Positions 54,283 to 62,417 of a stretch of DNA of 62,417 nt are shown here, in pieces. A program made the position numbers and the translations under genes. Every line of letters begins with the position of its first letter. The first letter of the stretch is position 1. Origin of the DNA: an uncultured Rhodobiaceae bacterium (GTDB lineage: Bacteria > Pseudomonadota > Alphaproteobacteria > MED-G09); NCBI GenBank assembly GCA_913047775.1, contig CAJWUE010000002.1, forward strand, positions 1 to 62,417, given 5' to 3'. The notes beneath the pieces were generated by a model that saw only the letters and a program-made list of their open reading frames with translations, searched no databases and was not told the origin of the DNA.

Positions 54283-56196
54283 ATGGGAAGAGTAATTGGA
54301 ATAGACCTAGGAACAACAAACAGCTGTGTTTCCATAATGGAAGGGACGCAACCAAAAGTTATTGAAAACTCAGAAGGAGCTAGAACTACACCTTCTATGG
54401 TCTCTTTTGATGAAGAAAAGTCACGCCTTATAGGTCAACCTGCAAAAAGACAAGCAGTAACAAATCCGCAAAACACCTTATTTGCAATCAAAAGATTGAT
54501 AGGTAGATCATTTGACGATCCTGCCACGAAAAAAGATATGGAAATGGTGCCCTATTCTATCGTAAAGGGCAAAAACAATGATGCGTACGTAGAGGCAGAG
54601 GGAGAACAATATTCTCCTGCGCAAATTTCAGCCTTCATTCTCCAAAAGATGAAAGAAACTGCAGAGGATTATCTGGGACAAAAAGTTGATCAAGCTGTTA
54701 TTACAGTGCCTGCATATTTCAATGATGCCCAAAGACAAGCAACAAAAGATGCGGGGAAAATAGCTGGTCTTGAGGTTCTTAGAATCATAAATGAACCAAC
54801 TGCTGCAGCTCTTTCTTATGGGTTAGAAAAGAAAGAAGGGAAACTAATTGCTGTATACGATCTAGGGGGCGGTACATTTGATGTTTCTATCTTAGAAATA
54901 GGAGATGGTGTTTTTGAAGTAAAATCGACAAATGGGGATACTTTCCTAGGTGGTGAAGACTTCGATCAAACTCTAGTGAATTATCTTGCTGATGAGTTTA
55001 AAAAGGAGAATAGTGTCGATCTCAGAGGAGATAAACTTGCCTTACAAAGACTAAAGGAAGCCGCTGAGAAAGCTAAAATTGAATTATCCTCTGCGGCACA
55101 AACAGAAGTTAACCTTCCTTTTATTACGGCCGATCAAAGTGGTCCGAAACATTTAACCCTTAAGCTAACAAGAGCAACGTTGGAGGGTTTAGTAGAAGAT
55201 CTAATACAAAAAACCATTGCTCCTTGCAAAGCTGCACTTAAAGATGCCGAATTAAAAGCATCTGATATTGATGAAGTGGTTCTTGTGGGCGGCCAAACAC
55301 GCATGCCAAAGATAAGGGAAACCGTTAAAGAATTTTTTAATAAAGAACCAAACATGTCTGTTAACCCTGATGAAGTTGTTGCTATGGGGGCGGCCATTCA
55401 AGCGGGGGTCTTACAGGGGGATGTCAAAGATGTATTGCTTTTGGATGTAACACCTTTATCTCTGGGAATCGAAACTCTTGGTGGTGTATTTACTCGCTTA
55501 ATCGACAAAAACACAACAATTCCAACTAAAAAGTCTCAGGTGTTTTCTACTGCTGAAGATAATCAGTCAGCAGTCACTATACGTGTCTTTCAAGGTGAAA
55601 GAGAAATGGCCAATGATAATAAATTACTTGGACAATTTAACCTTGAGGGAATTGCTCCAGCGCCGCGGGGCATTCCTCAAATCGATGTAGCTTTTGACAT
55701 TGACGCAAATGGAATAGTAGCCGTTTCAGCTACTGATAAGGCAACCGAGAAAGAGCAAAAAATCACGATTGAAGCATCTGGTGGATTAAGTGATGAAGAA
55801 ATAGAAAATATGATCAAAGAGGCGGAATCTAATGCGGAAGATGACAAAAAGAAAAGGGAATTAGTTGAAGCTAAGAACCAGGCTGAGGCGTTAATTCACA
55901 CTGCCGAAAAAGGTATTCAGGATGCGGGTGAAAAAATAACTGAAGATGAAAAAAAACCTGTAGAAGAAGCAATTACGGCACTTAAAGATGTAATGGATGG
56001 AGATGATCTCACGGCTATTCAAGAAAAAAATGCAACACTATCACAAGCTGCGATGAAAATAGGCGAAAAACTCTACCAACAAGAACAATCTGATGCACAA
56101 GATAATGATTCTAACTCTTCTAAAGAAGACTCGAATGAAGATGTGGTCGATGCTGATTATGAAGAAGTTAAAGATGATAAAGAAGCATCTAATTAA
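54283..56196 (+). CDS. dnaK: Molecular chaperone DnaK (Hsp70)
   Basis: '[15 protein letters not shown]', '[12 protein letters not shown]', '[12 protein letters not shown]'. RBS GGAGG at 54271-54275. Confidence 0.98.
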   Translation: MGRVIGIDLGTTNSCVSIMEGTQPKVIENSEGARTTPSMVSFDEEKSRLIGQPAKRQAVTNPQNTLFAIKRLIGRSFDDPATKKDMEMVPYSIVKGKNNDAYVEAEGEQYSPAQISAFILQKMKETAEDYLGQKVDQAVITVPAYFNDAQRQATKDAGKIAGLEVLRIINEPTAAALSYGLEKKEGKLIAVYDLGGGTFDVSILEIGDGVFEVKSTNGDTFLGGEDFDQTLVNYLADEFKKENSVDLRGDKLALQRLKEAAEKAKIELSSAAQTEVNLPFITADQSGPKHLTLKLTRATLEGLVEDLIQKTIAPCKAALKDAELKASDIDEVVLVGGQTRMPKIRETVKEFFNKEPNMSVNPDEVVAMGAAIQAGVLQGDVKDVLLLDVTPLSLGIETLGGVFTRLIDKNTTIPTKKSQVFSTAEDNQSAVTIRVFQGEREMANDNKLLGQFNLEGIAPAPRGIPQIDVAFDIDANGIVAVSATDKATEKEQKITIEASGGLSDEEIENMIKEAESNAEDDKKKRELVEAKNQAEALIHTAEKGIQDAGEKITEDEKKPVEEAITALKDVMDGDDLTAIQEKNATLSQAAMKIGEKLYQQEQSDAQDNDSNSSKEDSNEDVVDADYEEVKDDKEASN

Positions 56197-56214
56197 TTTT
56201 TAGTTAAAAATTAA

Positions 56215-57348
56215 ATGTCAAAAAGAGATTACTATGATGTGTTGGGAGTTCAAAAAAACTCGTCAGAGGATGATATAAAAAAAGCATTCCGTAATCTTGC
56301 AAAAGAAAACCACCCTGATAAAAATCCTGGGGATCAGCAAGCTGAAAAACGCTTTAAAGAAATCAGTGAAGCCTATGAAACCTTAAAAGATTCTCAAAGC
56401 AGATCTGCCTATGATCAGTTCGGGCACGCAGCTTCTCAGGGGGGGATGGGGGGATCTGGTTTTGGTGGATTTAATGCCAATTTCACTGGATCAATGTCAG
56501 ACATATTCGAAGACATTTTTGGTGAGTTTACTGGTAGACGATCAGGTCAAAGGTCTCAATCAAACACACAAAAACGTGGTGCAGACTTAAGAGCAGAAAT
56601 GGAAATTGATCTTAAAGATGCATATTTTGGCACTTCGGGACAGCTTAACATAAATGGAAATGTTGGGTGTGATGATTGCAATAGTTCGGGAGCGTCTAAA
56701 GGATCAGATAGAGTTCAGTGTCAAAATTGTGGCGGATCTGGAACAGTTAGAGCTCAACAAGGGTTCTTTACCTTAGAAAGAACTTGTTCTGCATGCTCTG
56801 GTAATGGATCAGTGATACAAAACCCATGTCGAAGTTGTGGAGGATCTGGAAGAGTAAGAAAAAATAGAAAGCTATCCGTTAATATACCAACCGGCGTCGG
56901 AGATGGTACAAGAATAAGATTGTCAGGAGAAGGTGAGGCCGGAGAAAATGGAGGTCCAAATGGCGACTTATACGTCTTTTTGTCAATCAGGCCAGATAAT
57001 TTCTTTAAAAGAAATGAATCGGATGTCCTGTGTGAAATTCCTATAGATTTTATTACTGCAACTTTAGGTGGTGAAATGGAAGTGCCTTCACCTGATGGTA
57101 AAAAGTTAAGAATATCGATACCAGAGAGCTGTCAAAATGGCAGGCAGTTTAGATTGAAAGGAAAAGGCATGCCTGTTTTGCAATCTAAACGATTTGGGGA
57201 TTTATATGTCCAGATACATGTAGAGGTCCCGAAAAATCTCAATAGCAAACAGAAAACAGTATTAAAAAATTTCTCAACTCTTCACTCTAAAGACACAAAC
57301 CCTGAAACAACAAGCTATTTAAAAAAGTTAAGTAGTCTTTTCAAATAA
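56215..57348 (+). CDS. dnaJ: Molecular chaperone DnaJ
   Basis: J domain 'DYYDVLGV...HPDKNPGD', a G/F-rich region, and four CxxCxGxG zinc-finger repeats. Confidence 0.97.
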   Translation: MSKRDYYDVLGVQKNSSEDDIKKAFRNLAKENHPDKNPGDQQAEKRFKEISEAYETLKDSQSRSAYDQFGHAASQGGMGGSGFGGFNANFTGSMSDIFEDIFGEFTGRRSGQRSQSNTQKRGADLRAEMEIDLKDAYFGTSGQLNINGNVGCDDCNSSGASKGSDRVQCQNCGGSGTVRAQQGFFTLERTCSACSGNGSVIQNPCRSCGGSGRVRKNRKLSVNIPTGVGDGTRIRLSGEGEAGENGGPNGDLYVFLSIRPDNFFKRNESDVLCEIPIDFITATLGGEMEVPSPDGKKLRISIPESCQNGRQFRLKGKGMPVLQSKRFGDLYVQIHVEVPKNLNSKQKTVLKNFSTLHSKDTNPETTSYLKKLSSLFK

Positions 57349-57354
57349 AAAACT

Positions 57355-58011
57355 TTAGCTGGGCTTCTTATGTGCCACTCTTCTTTTTCTTTTGGGATAA
57401 CAAGTTTTACAAACCTCACATTCAAGCCCCCAACACTTACGCGCACCACAAAATTCGCGGCCCCAATAGATCATTTGAAGGTGTAATTTTCCCCATTGTG
57501 ATGATGGGAAAATCTTCTTTAGGTCTTCCTCAGTTTCACTAACATTTTTTCCTTTTGTGAGACCCCACCTTTGTGCCAAACGATGTATATGGGTGTCTAC
57601 AGGAAAAGTGGGAACGCCAAAAGCTTGATTCATAACTACCGAGGCCGTCTTATGACCAACGCCGGGCAGTTCTTCCAGTTTATTAATATCGTTTGGAACC
57701 TGTCCAAAATATTGCGCAATTAAAATATTGGAAAGACCTAGAATAGCACGTGACTTTTTTGGCCCTAGACCACATGGTTTGATAATATCATATATTTTAG
57801 CATGGGTGAGCTTTACCATTTCAATTGGTGTATCAGCAATTCTAAATAATTTAGGCGTCACTTGATTGACTCTTTCATCAGTACATTGTGCTGATAACAA
57901 AACGGCAATCAGCAAAGTATAGGGATCAGAATGATCTAGAGGGATAGGTAGGGATTTGTAGTTCTTGTTTAAAATTCTTGATATTGTTCGTGCTCTTTGT
58001 GATTTATTCAT
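57355..58011 (-). CDS. nth: Endonuclease III
   Basis: 'LLIAVLLSAQCTDERVN', HhH 'LPGVGHKTASVVMNQAFG', 'VDTHIHRL', C-terminal Cys cluster. Start taken at M45 of the ORF so it does not overlap gpmA. Confidence 0.92.
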   Translation of the reverse strand: MNKSQRARTISRILNKNYKSLPIPLDHSDPYTLLIAVLLSAQCTDERVNQVTPKLFRIADTPIEMVKLTHAKIYDIIKPCGLGPKKSRAILGLSNILIAQYFGQVPNDINKLEELPGVGHKTASVVMNQAFGVPTFPVDTHIHRLAQRWGLTKGKNVSETEEDLKKIFPSSQWGKLHLQMIYWGREFCGARKCWGLECEVCKTCYPKRKRRVAHKKPS

Positions 58012-58042
58012 TTTAATTAAAAGTAACTTTGCCAAGGAAGGT

Positions 58043-58645
58043 CTACCTTTTCGGTTGAAAATTCCCCCGGTTAAATGAATAAATTTTAGGCTCGCCCGTG
58101 GCAATTTCTTTCTTAATAATTTCTTCAGGTTTGAGATTTTCAATATACATAATCAGTGACCTTAACGAATTACCATGCGCGCTTATTAATATATTTTCAT
58201 CATCATGTAGTCTTGGTAATATTTCTTTTTGAAAATACGGTAACACTCTTTCAGCTGTATCTTTTAAGCTTTCACCAGAAGGGGGAGCAATATCATAAGA
58301 TCGTCTCCAGATATGGACTTGTTCCTCACCCCATTTTTCTCTAGCATCATCTTTGTTTAAACCGGTAAGAGATCCATAATCTCTTTCGTTCAAGGCTTGG
58401 TTTTTTATAACAATTATATCCTTTAATCCCAGAATCTCTACAATAAGTTCCCCTGTGTGAATGGCCCTATTAAGAACCGAAGTATATAAGTAATTATATT
58501 CAATCCCCATTGTCTTCAAAAATTTCGCGGCTTCTTTAGCTTCTTTTTTTCCTTGTTCTGTGAGAGGTCGATCTCGCCATCCTGTGAAAAGATTCTTCTT
58601 ATTCCAATCACTTTGTCCGTGTCTCACAAGAGCAAGGTATGACAT
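58043..58645 (-). CDS. gpmA: 2,3-bisphosphoglycerate-dependent phosphoglycerate mutase
   Basis: '[20 protein letters not shown]', 'SVLNRAIHT', '[12 protein letters not shown]', '[11 protein letters not shown]'. Confidence 0.93.
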   Translation of the reverse strand: MSYLALVRHGQSDWNKKNLFTGWRDRPLTEQGKKEAKEAAKFLKTMGIEYNYLYTSVLNRAIHTGELIVEILGLKDIIVIKNQALNERDYGSLTGLNKDDAREKWGEEQVHIWRRSYDIAPPSGESLKDTAERVLPYFQKEILPRLHDDENILISAHGNSLRSLIMYIENLKPEEIIKKEIATGEPKIYSFNRGNFQPKR

Positions 58646-58665
58646 CTCAGATTTTCCCTTATATA

Positions 58666-59475
58666 CTAAATTCCCAAAACATCTTGCATCGTGTAAAGTC
58701 CTGGTGATTTTCCTATGCCCCATTGGACGGCCTTGATTGCACCTTTTGCAAAAATGTCTCTAGTCTCAGCAATGTGTTCTAATCTTATTCTCTCACCACT
58801 GCCCGCAAAAATAACCGAGTGCTCGCCAACAATGCTGCCGCCTCTAACAGATGAAAAACCAATGCTGCCTTTTTTTCTATTTAAATTTATGCCATCTCTG
58901 GCTTGTTCTTTAACTTTTTTTAGGTCTTGGTCTCTTCCCTTCGCTATTGCCTCTCCTAGAGCCAGGGCGGTACCTGATGGAGAGTCTGCTTTATCTTTGT
59001 GGTGTAGCTCATTAATTTCCGCATCCCAATCATCGTCTAATAATCCGGAAATTCTTTCTACAAGCCCTAAAAGAGCATTTACACCCAAACTCATATTTCC
59101 AGATTTTATTATGGTAGCATGTCTTGCCGCTGAATTAATCAACTCCAATTGATCGGCATTAAAACCTGTAGTCCCAATAACATGAACTAATCTACCTTGT
59201 GCAGAAATTTCGGAAGCAAAAACGGTAGAAACCGGAGAGCTAAAATCTATGACAGCTTCCGATTTAAGTAACTCGTCGATCACATTATCAGTTATAGTGA
59301 CGCCGTTAGAATTATTACCAGCAAGTTCGCAGGCATCTTTTCCCAAGAAAGCAGAATCTTTGGATTCCAATGCACCCACTAGTTCTAAAGTTTTCGAGGT
59401 AGAAATTAAAGAAATTATCTCTCTTCCCATTTTCCCCGCAGCACCAATAACAGTTGTTTTTATTTTATTTATCAT
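58666..59475 (-). CDS. dapB: 4-hydroxy-tetrahydrodipicolinate reductase
   Basis: '[12 protein letters not shown]', 'IDFSSP', 'HVIGTTGF', 'SGNMSLGVN', '[18 protein letters not shown]'. Confidence 0.95.
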   Translation of the reverse strand: MINKIKTTVIGAAGKMGREIISLISTSKTLELVGALESKDSAFLGKDACELAGNNSNGVTITDNVIDELLKSEAVIDFSSPVSTVFASEISAQGRLVHVIGTTGFNADQLELINSAARHATIIKSGNMSLGVNALLGLVERISGLLDDDWDAEINELHHKDKADSPSGTALALGEAIAKGRDQDLKKVKEQARDGINLNRKKGSIGFSSVRGGSIVGEHSVIFAGSGERIRLEHIAETRDIFAKGAIKAVQWGIGKSPGLYTMQDVLGI

Positions 59476-59492
59476 ATTTTAAAGTAACACAC

Positions 59493-60449
59493 TTAAATCT
59501 TTCTGATCCATAATTCGTTAATATTGTGGTCGCTCCCTTTTTTTGCAATTAGGGACGCTCTGTTCCTTGTGGGTAAAATATTTTCTTCTAGGTTTTTTAA
59601 ATTTATTTCTTCCCATATAACGTTGGCAATATCTACAGCCTCATCATCATTTAGGTTTGCAAATCGATTAAAAAAGGCTCCCTCCTGATTAAAGGCTGTA
59701 GAACGTAATTCAAGAAATCTTTCAATATACCATTTGCGTATATGTGGTTCCTCTGCGTCAAGATAGATTGAGAAATCAAAAAAGTCTGAAATTATTGGCT
59801 CAATAATATTATCTTTCATCCGGGGGGGTTGAAGTACATTTATGCCCTCTAATATAAGAATATCCGGGTTATTGATAACTATTTCTTCATTCTCTACAAT
59901 ATCATAGGTGAGATGTGAATATACTGGTACCCTTACTTGATCTTTTCCTGATTTAATTTCTGACAAAAAATCAAAGAGCGCTCTTACATTAAAACTTTCC
60001 GGGAAACCCTTTTTTTCCATTAGGCCTTTTTCTTCTAGCGTTTTGTTGGGGTACAAAAAACCATCAGTTGTTACTAAATCTACCGCTCCAAAGTCTGACA
60101 ATCTTGATATTAAGACCTGAAGGATTCTTGAAAAAGTAGACTTTCCAACAGCCACAGATCCAGCAACTCCGATTATATAGGGCAAGTTGCTTTTTTCTGA
60201 TTTAAAAAAAGCGTGAACCTCTTTGTTCAGCTCTTGCGAACTTTTTATGTTAATAATAATCAATTCCGCAATGGGTAAATAAATATCCCTGACTTCCTCT
60301 AGATCCACAGAAACACCTATACCTAAAAGATCGTCTAGTTCTCTTTCAGACATCAATGAATTATTGACGTGTTTTAATTCTGTCCAACGAGTAGGGGGGA
60401 AAAATTTATATATTCTGTCGTAAGGATCTTTTTTATTCGTGTTAACCAC
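59493..60449 (-). CDS. coaA: Type I pantothenate kinase
   Basis: P-loop 'PYIIGVAGSVAVGKSTFSRIL', 'TTDGFLYPN', 'KGFPESF', 'ILILEGINVLQ'. Confidence 0.92.
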   Translation of the reverse strand: MVNTNKKDPYDRIYKFFPPTRWTELKHVNNSLMSERELDDLLGIGVSVDLEEVRDIYLPIAELIIINIKSSQELNKEVHAFFKSEKSNLPYIIGVAGSVAVGKSTFSRILQVLISRLSDFGAVDLVTTDGFLYPNKTLEEKGLMEKKGFPESFNVRALFDFLSEIKSGKDQVRVPVYSHLTYDIVENEEIVINNPDILILEGINVLQPPRMKDNIIEPIISDFFDFSIYLDAEEPHIRKWYIERFLELRSTAFNQEGAFFNRFANLNDDEAVDIANVIWEEINLKNLEENILPTRNRASLIAKKGSDHNINELWIRKI

Positions 60450-60463
60450 AGTTTAATCCTTTT

Positions 60464-60754
60464 TTATTTTCTTCTATTTGCAAGTTCTTGGTAAACTTCA
60501 GAGGGTTCAACTCCCGACGCCTTGAGAAGTAAAAGCCAGTGATACAATAAATCAGCACTTTCACTAACAACTTCTTTTTTTGTTTCCGCCAATGTGGCTA
60601 TTATTAACTCTGAGGCCTCTTCTCCAAGCTTTTTGGCAACTTTATTTATTCCTTGTTCAAGCATGTCCTTTGTATAGGAAGATACCCCACTAGATAGTTC
60701 TCTTTCATTTATGACCTTCCAAAGTTCGTCTAATATTTTACTATCTTTAGTCAT
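60464..60754 (-). CDS. hisE: Phosphoribosyl-ATP pyrophosphatase
   Basis: 'SYTKDMLEQGINKVAKKLGEEASELIIA', 'ESADLLYHWLLLL'. Confidence 0.9.
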   Translation of the reverse strand: MTKDSKILDELWKVINERELSSGVSSYTKDMLEQGINKVAKKLGEEASELIIATLAETKKEVVSESADLLYHWLLLLKASGVEPSEVYQELANRRK

Positions 60755-60765
60755 TATCTTTACTC

Positions 60766-61524
60766 TTAGATCCTTACATTTATACCTGATTTAGCCATTT
60801 TTATTTTAGCATCTTCTATGCTTATTTCTCCAAAGTGAAAAATTGAAGCCGCCAAAACAGCATTTGCATTTCCCTCTAAAACTCCCTCAATCATGTGTTC
60901 CACGTTTCCCACACCCCCTGATGCAATAATGGGTATCGAAACACTAGTACTAATAGCCCTTAATAGCCCTATATCATACCCCATTTTTGTGCCGTCTCTA
61001 TCCATTGAGGTTAGCAACAACTCTCCTGCGCCCAATTTTGTTGCTTTTATTGCGAATTGAACGGCATTTATACCCGTTGGCTTTCTACCACCGTGAGTAA
61101 ATATTTCCCAATTATTGTCACTTGTTTTTTTTGCATCTATTGCTACAACGATACATTGACTTCCAAAAATATTTCTTGCATCACCAATAATTGTTGGGTT
61201 TGTTACCGCGGCAGTGTTAATGGAAACCTTATCAGCGCCTGAGGATAAAAGCGCCTTAATGTCATTTACGTTACTAATGCCGCCCCCAACCGTTAAGGGC
61301 ATAAAGCATTTCTCTGCAGTGCTTCGAACTACATCCAATAAAGTCGGTCGTTTCTCATGACTAGCGGTTATATCCAAGAAACATAGTTCATCTGCTCCAG
61401 CTGCATCATATGCTTTTGCGCATTCTACCGGATCCCCCGCATCAACTAAATTAATAAATTTTACTCCTTTGACAACACGCCCATCTTTAACATCTAAACA
61501 CGGTATTATTCTTGTTTTAAGCAT
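60766..61524 (-). CDS. hisF: Imidazole glycerol phosphate synthase, cyclase subunit
   Basis: '[16 protein letters not shown]', '[13 protein letters not shown]', 'PLTVGGGI', '[15 protein letters not shown]', 'IASGGVG'. Confidence 0.97.
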   Translation of the reverse strand: MLKTRIIPCLDVKDGRVVKGVKFINLVDAGDPVECAKAYDAAGADELCFLDITASHEKRPTLLDVVRSTAEKCFMPLTVGGGISNVNDIKALLSSGADKVSINTAAVTNPTIIGDARNIFGSQCIVVAIDAKKTSDNNWEIFTHGGRKPTGINAVQFAIKATKLGAGELLLTSMDRDGTKMGYDIGLLRAISTSVSIPIIASGGVGNVEHMIEGVLEGNANAVLAASIFHFGEISIEDAKIKMAKSGINVRI

Positions 61525-62262
61525 TTATTGAATTCCTGATATTTTTAGAACCTCGGAAATTTTTATATTTCCAGTATAAATTGATTTTCCACATATTACG
61601 CCGCTTATTCCTTTGTCTTCGTTACTTTTTAATTCTTTAATGTCACCAATATCCTTAATACCTCCCGACGCAATTACAGGGATATTAAGAAAGTTGGCTA
61701 ATTTAATGGTTGACGATATGTTTGGGCCCTTCATCATTCCGTCTCTTTCTATGTCAGTAAATATAATACCTTTTGCTCCCTTATCCTCAGCAATCTTAGC
61801 AAACTCTAACGGGGTAACCTCTGTATCTTTGGTCCATCCTTCTATAGAAATTTTTCCCCGCCGAGCATCTATGGCTATTAAAATATTTTCAGGAAAGGAG
61901 CTTACCGCTTCCGTCATAAAGTCATTATTTCTTATTGCCTCTGTGCCTATAACAATCTTTTTTACTCCAATATTTAAATATTTTTCTATAGCCCTTATTG
62001 ATCTGACTCCGCCTCCAAATTGTATATTCATCGAAGTTTCTTTGGTTATCAGATTAATGATCTCAAAATTTTCAGAGTTCCCATATCTTGCCGCGTTGAG
62101 ATCGACAATGTGAATCCAAGAACATCCTGTTTCCTTAAAAAATTGTGCTTGCTCTAATGGGTTTTGATTAAAAACTGTTTTTTTATCAAAATTCCCCTTT
62201 TCTAACCTGACACATTCTTTTTCATATATATCTATTGCTGGATAAAGAATCATGGTCGCCAT
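61525..62262 (-). CDS. hisA: 1-(5-phosphoribosyl)-5-[(5-phosphoribosylamino)methylideneamino]imidazole-4-carboxamide isomerase
   Basis: 'ILYPAIDIYEKECVRL', 'IHIVDLNAA', 'QFGGGVRS', 'IIFTDIERDGMMKGPN', 'VIASGGI'. Confidence 0.95.
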   Translation of the reverse strand: MATMILYPAIDIYEKECVRLEKGNFDKKTVFNQNPLEQAQFFKETGCSWIHIVDLNAARYGNSENFEIINLITKETSMNIQFGGGVRSIRAIEKYLNIGVKKIVIGTEAIRNNDFMTEAVSSFPENILIAIDARRGKISIEGWTKDTEVTPLEFAKIAEDKGAKGIIFTDIERDGMMKGPNISSTIKLANFLNIPVIASGGIKDIGDIKELKSNEDKGISGVICGKSIYTGNIKISEVLKISGIQ

Positions 62263-62417
62263 TCCATAAAATTTTGTAAGAATTGTACCCCAACACCTTG
62301 GCTCTTCTCGGGATGAAATTGCGTGCCAATTATATTGCCGTTGGATAAAATTGAGGCAAAAGGAATACCGTATATAGTTTCTGCTATTATGTTTTCACTT
62401 TCTTTCGCTTGAAAACA
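62250..62417 (-). CDS. hisH: Imidazole glycerol phosphate synthase, glutaminase subunit; C-terminal fragment running off the window
   Basis: The hand-translated minus frame gives '...IIGTQFHPEKSQGVGVQFLQNFMEWRP*' (conserved 'QFHPEKS'). Its stop overlaps the hisA start by 13 nt. Confidence 0.85.
   Translation of the reverse strand, partial: CFQAKESENIIAETIYGIPFASILSNGNIIGTQFHPEKSQGVGVQFLQNFMEWRP

Overview
This is an AT-rich (about 30% GC by eye), tightly packed chromosomal core region. Its gene order looks like a streamlined, probably marine, alphaproteobacterium. The conserved blocks are rpsT-dnaA-dnaN-recF-gyrB; ubiE-ubiB-coaBC; irr next to fabA-fabB-fabI; rimP-nusA-infB-rbfA-truB-rpsO-pnp; tsaB-fur-miaB-phoH-ybeY-corC-lnt-metK-trmB; trpS-murJ-glnD; rph next to grpE; dnaK-dnaJ; and hisH-A-F-E. 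I call about 60 CDSs, almost all housekeeping. I saw no rRNA, tRNA, CRISPR array, transposase, integrase, or recognisable defence or toxin module, and I did not find a convincing novel multi-gene system. Six anomalies stand out. (1) At about position 670 a GC-richer fragment carrying a RuvB-like gene abuts a cytochrome oxidase subunit I gene cut off after 99 codons; this is either a chimeric or contig join, or the edge of an insertion. (2) katG has clearly foreign base composition and arginine codon usage, and sits 36 nt downstream of an Irr-like regulator. (3) A ferritin-like di-iron protein and a secreted ankyrin-repeat protein lie among the cta/SCO1 oxidase-assembly genes. (4) A universal-stress-protein-like gene is interrupted by an in-frame TAA. 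(5) A hairpin plus U-tract lies in the rimP-nusA-infB leader. (6) There is a good sigma-32-type promoter before dnaK, while hrcA and CIRCE are missing from the usual rph-hrcA-grpE position. Several short repeats in divergent promoter regions are also noted. All functional calls rest on my reading of the translated ORFs (motifs and remembered family signatures); no database search was run.
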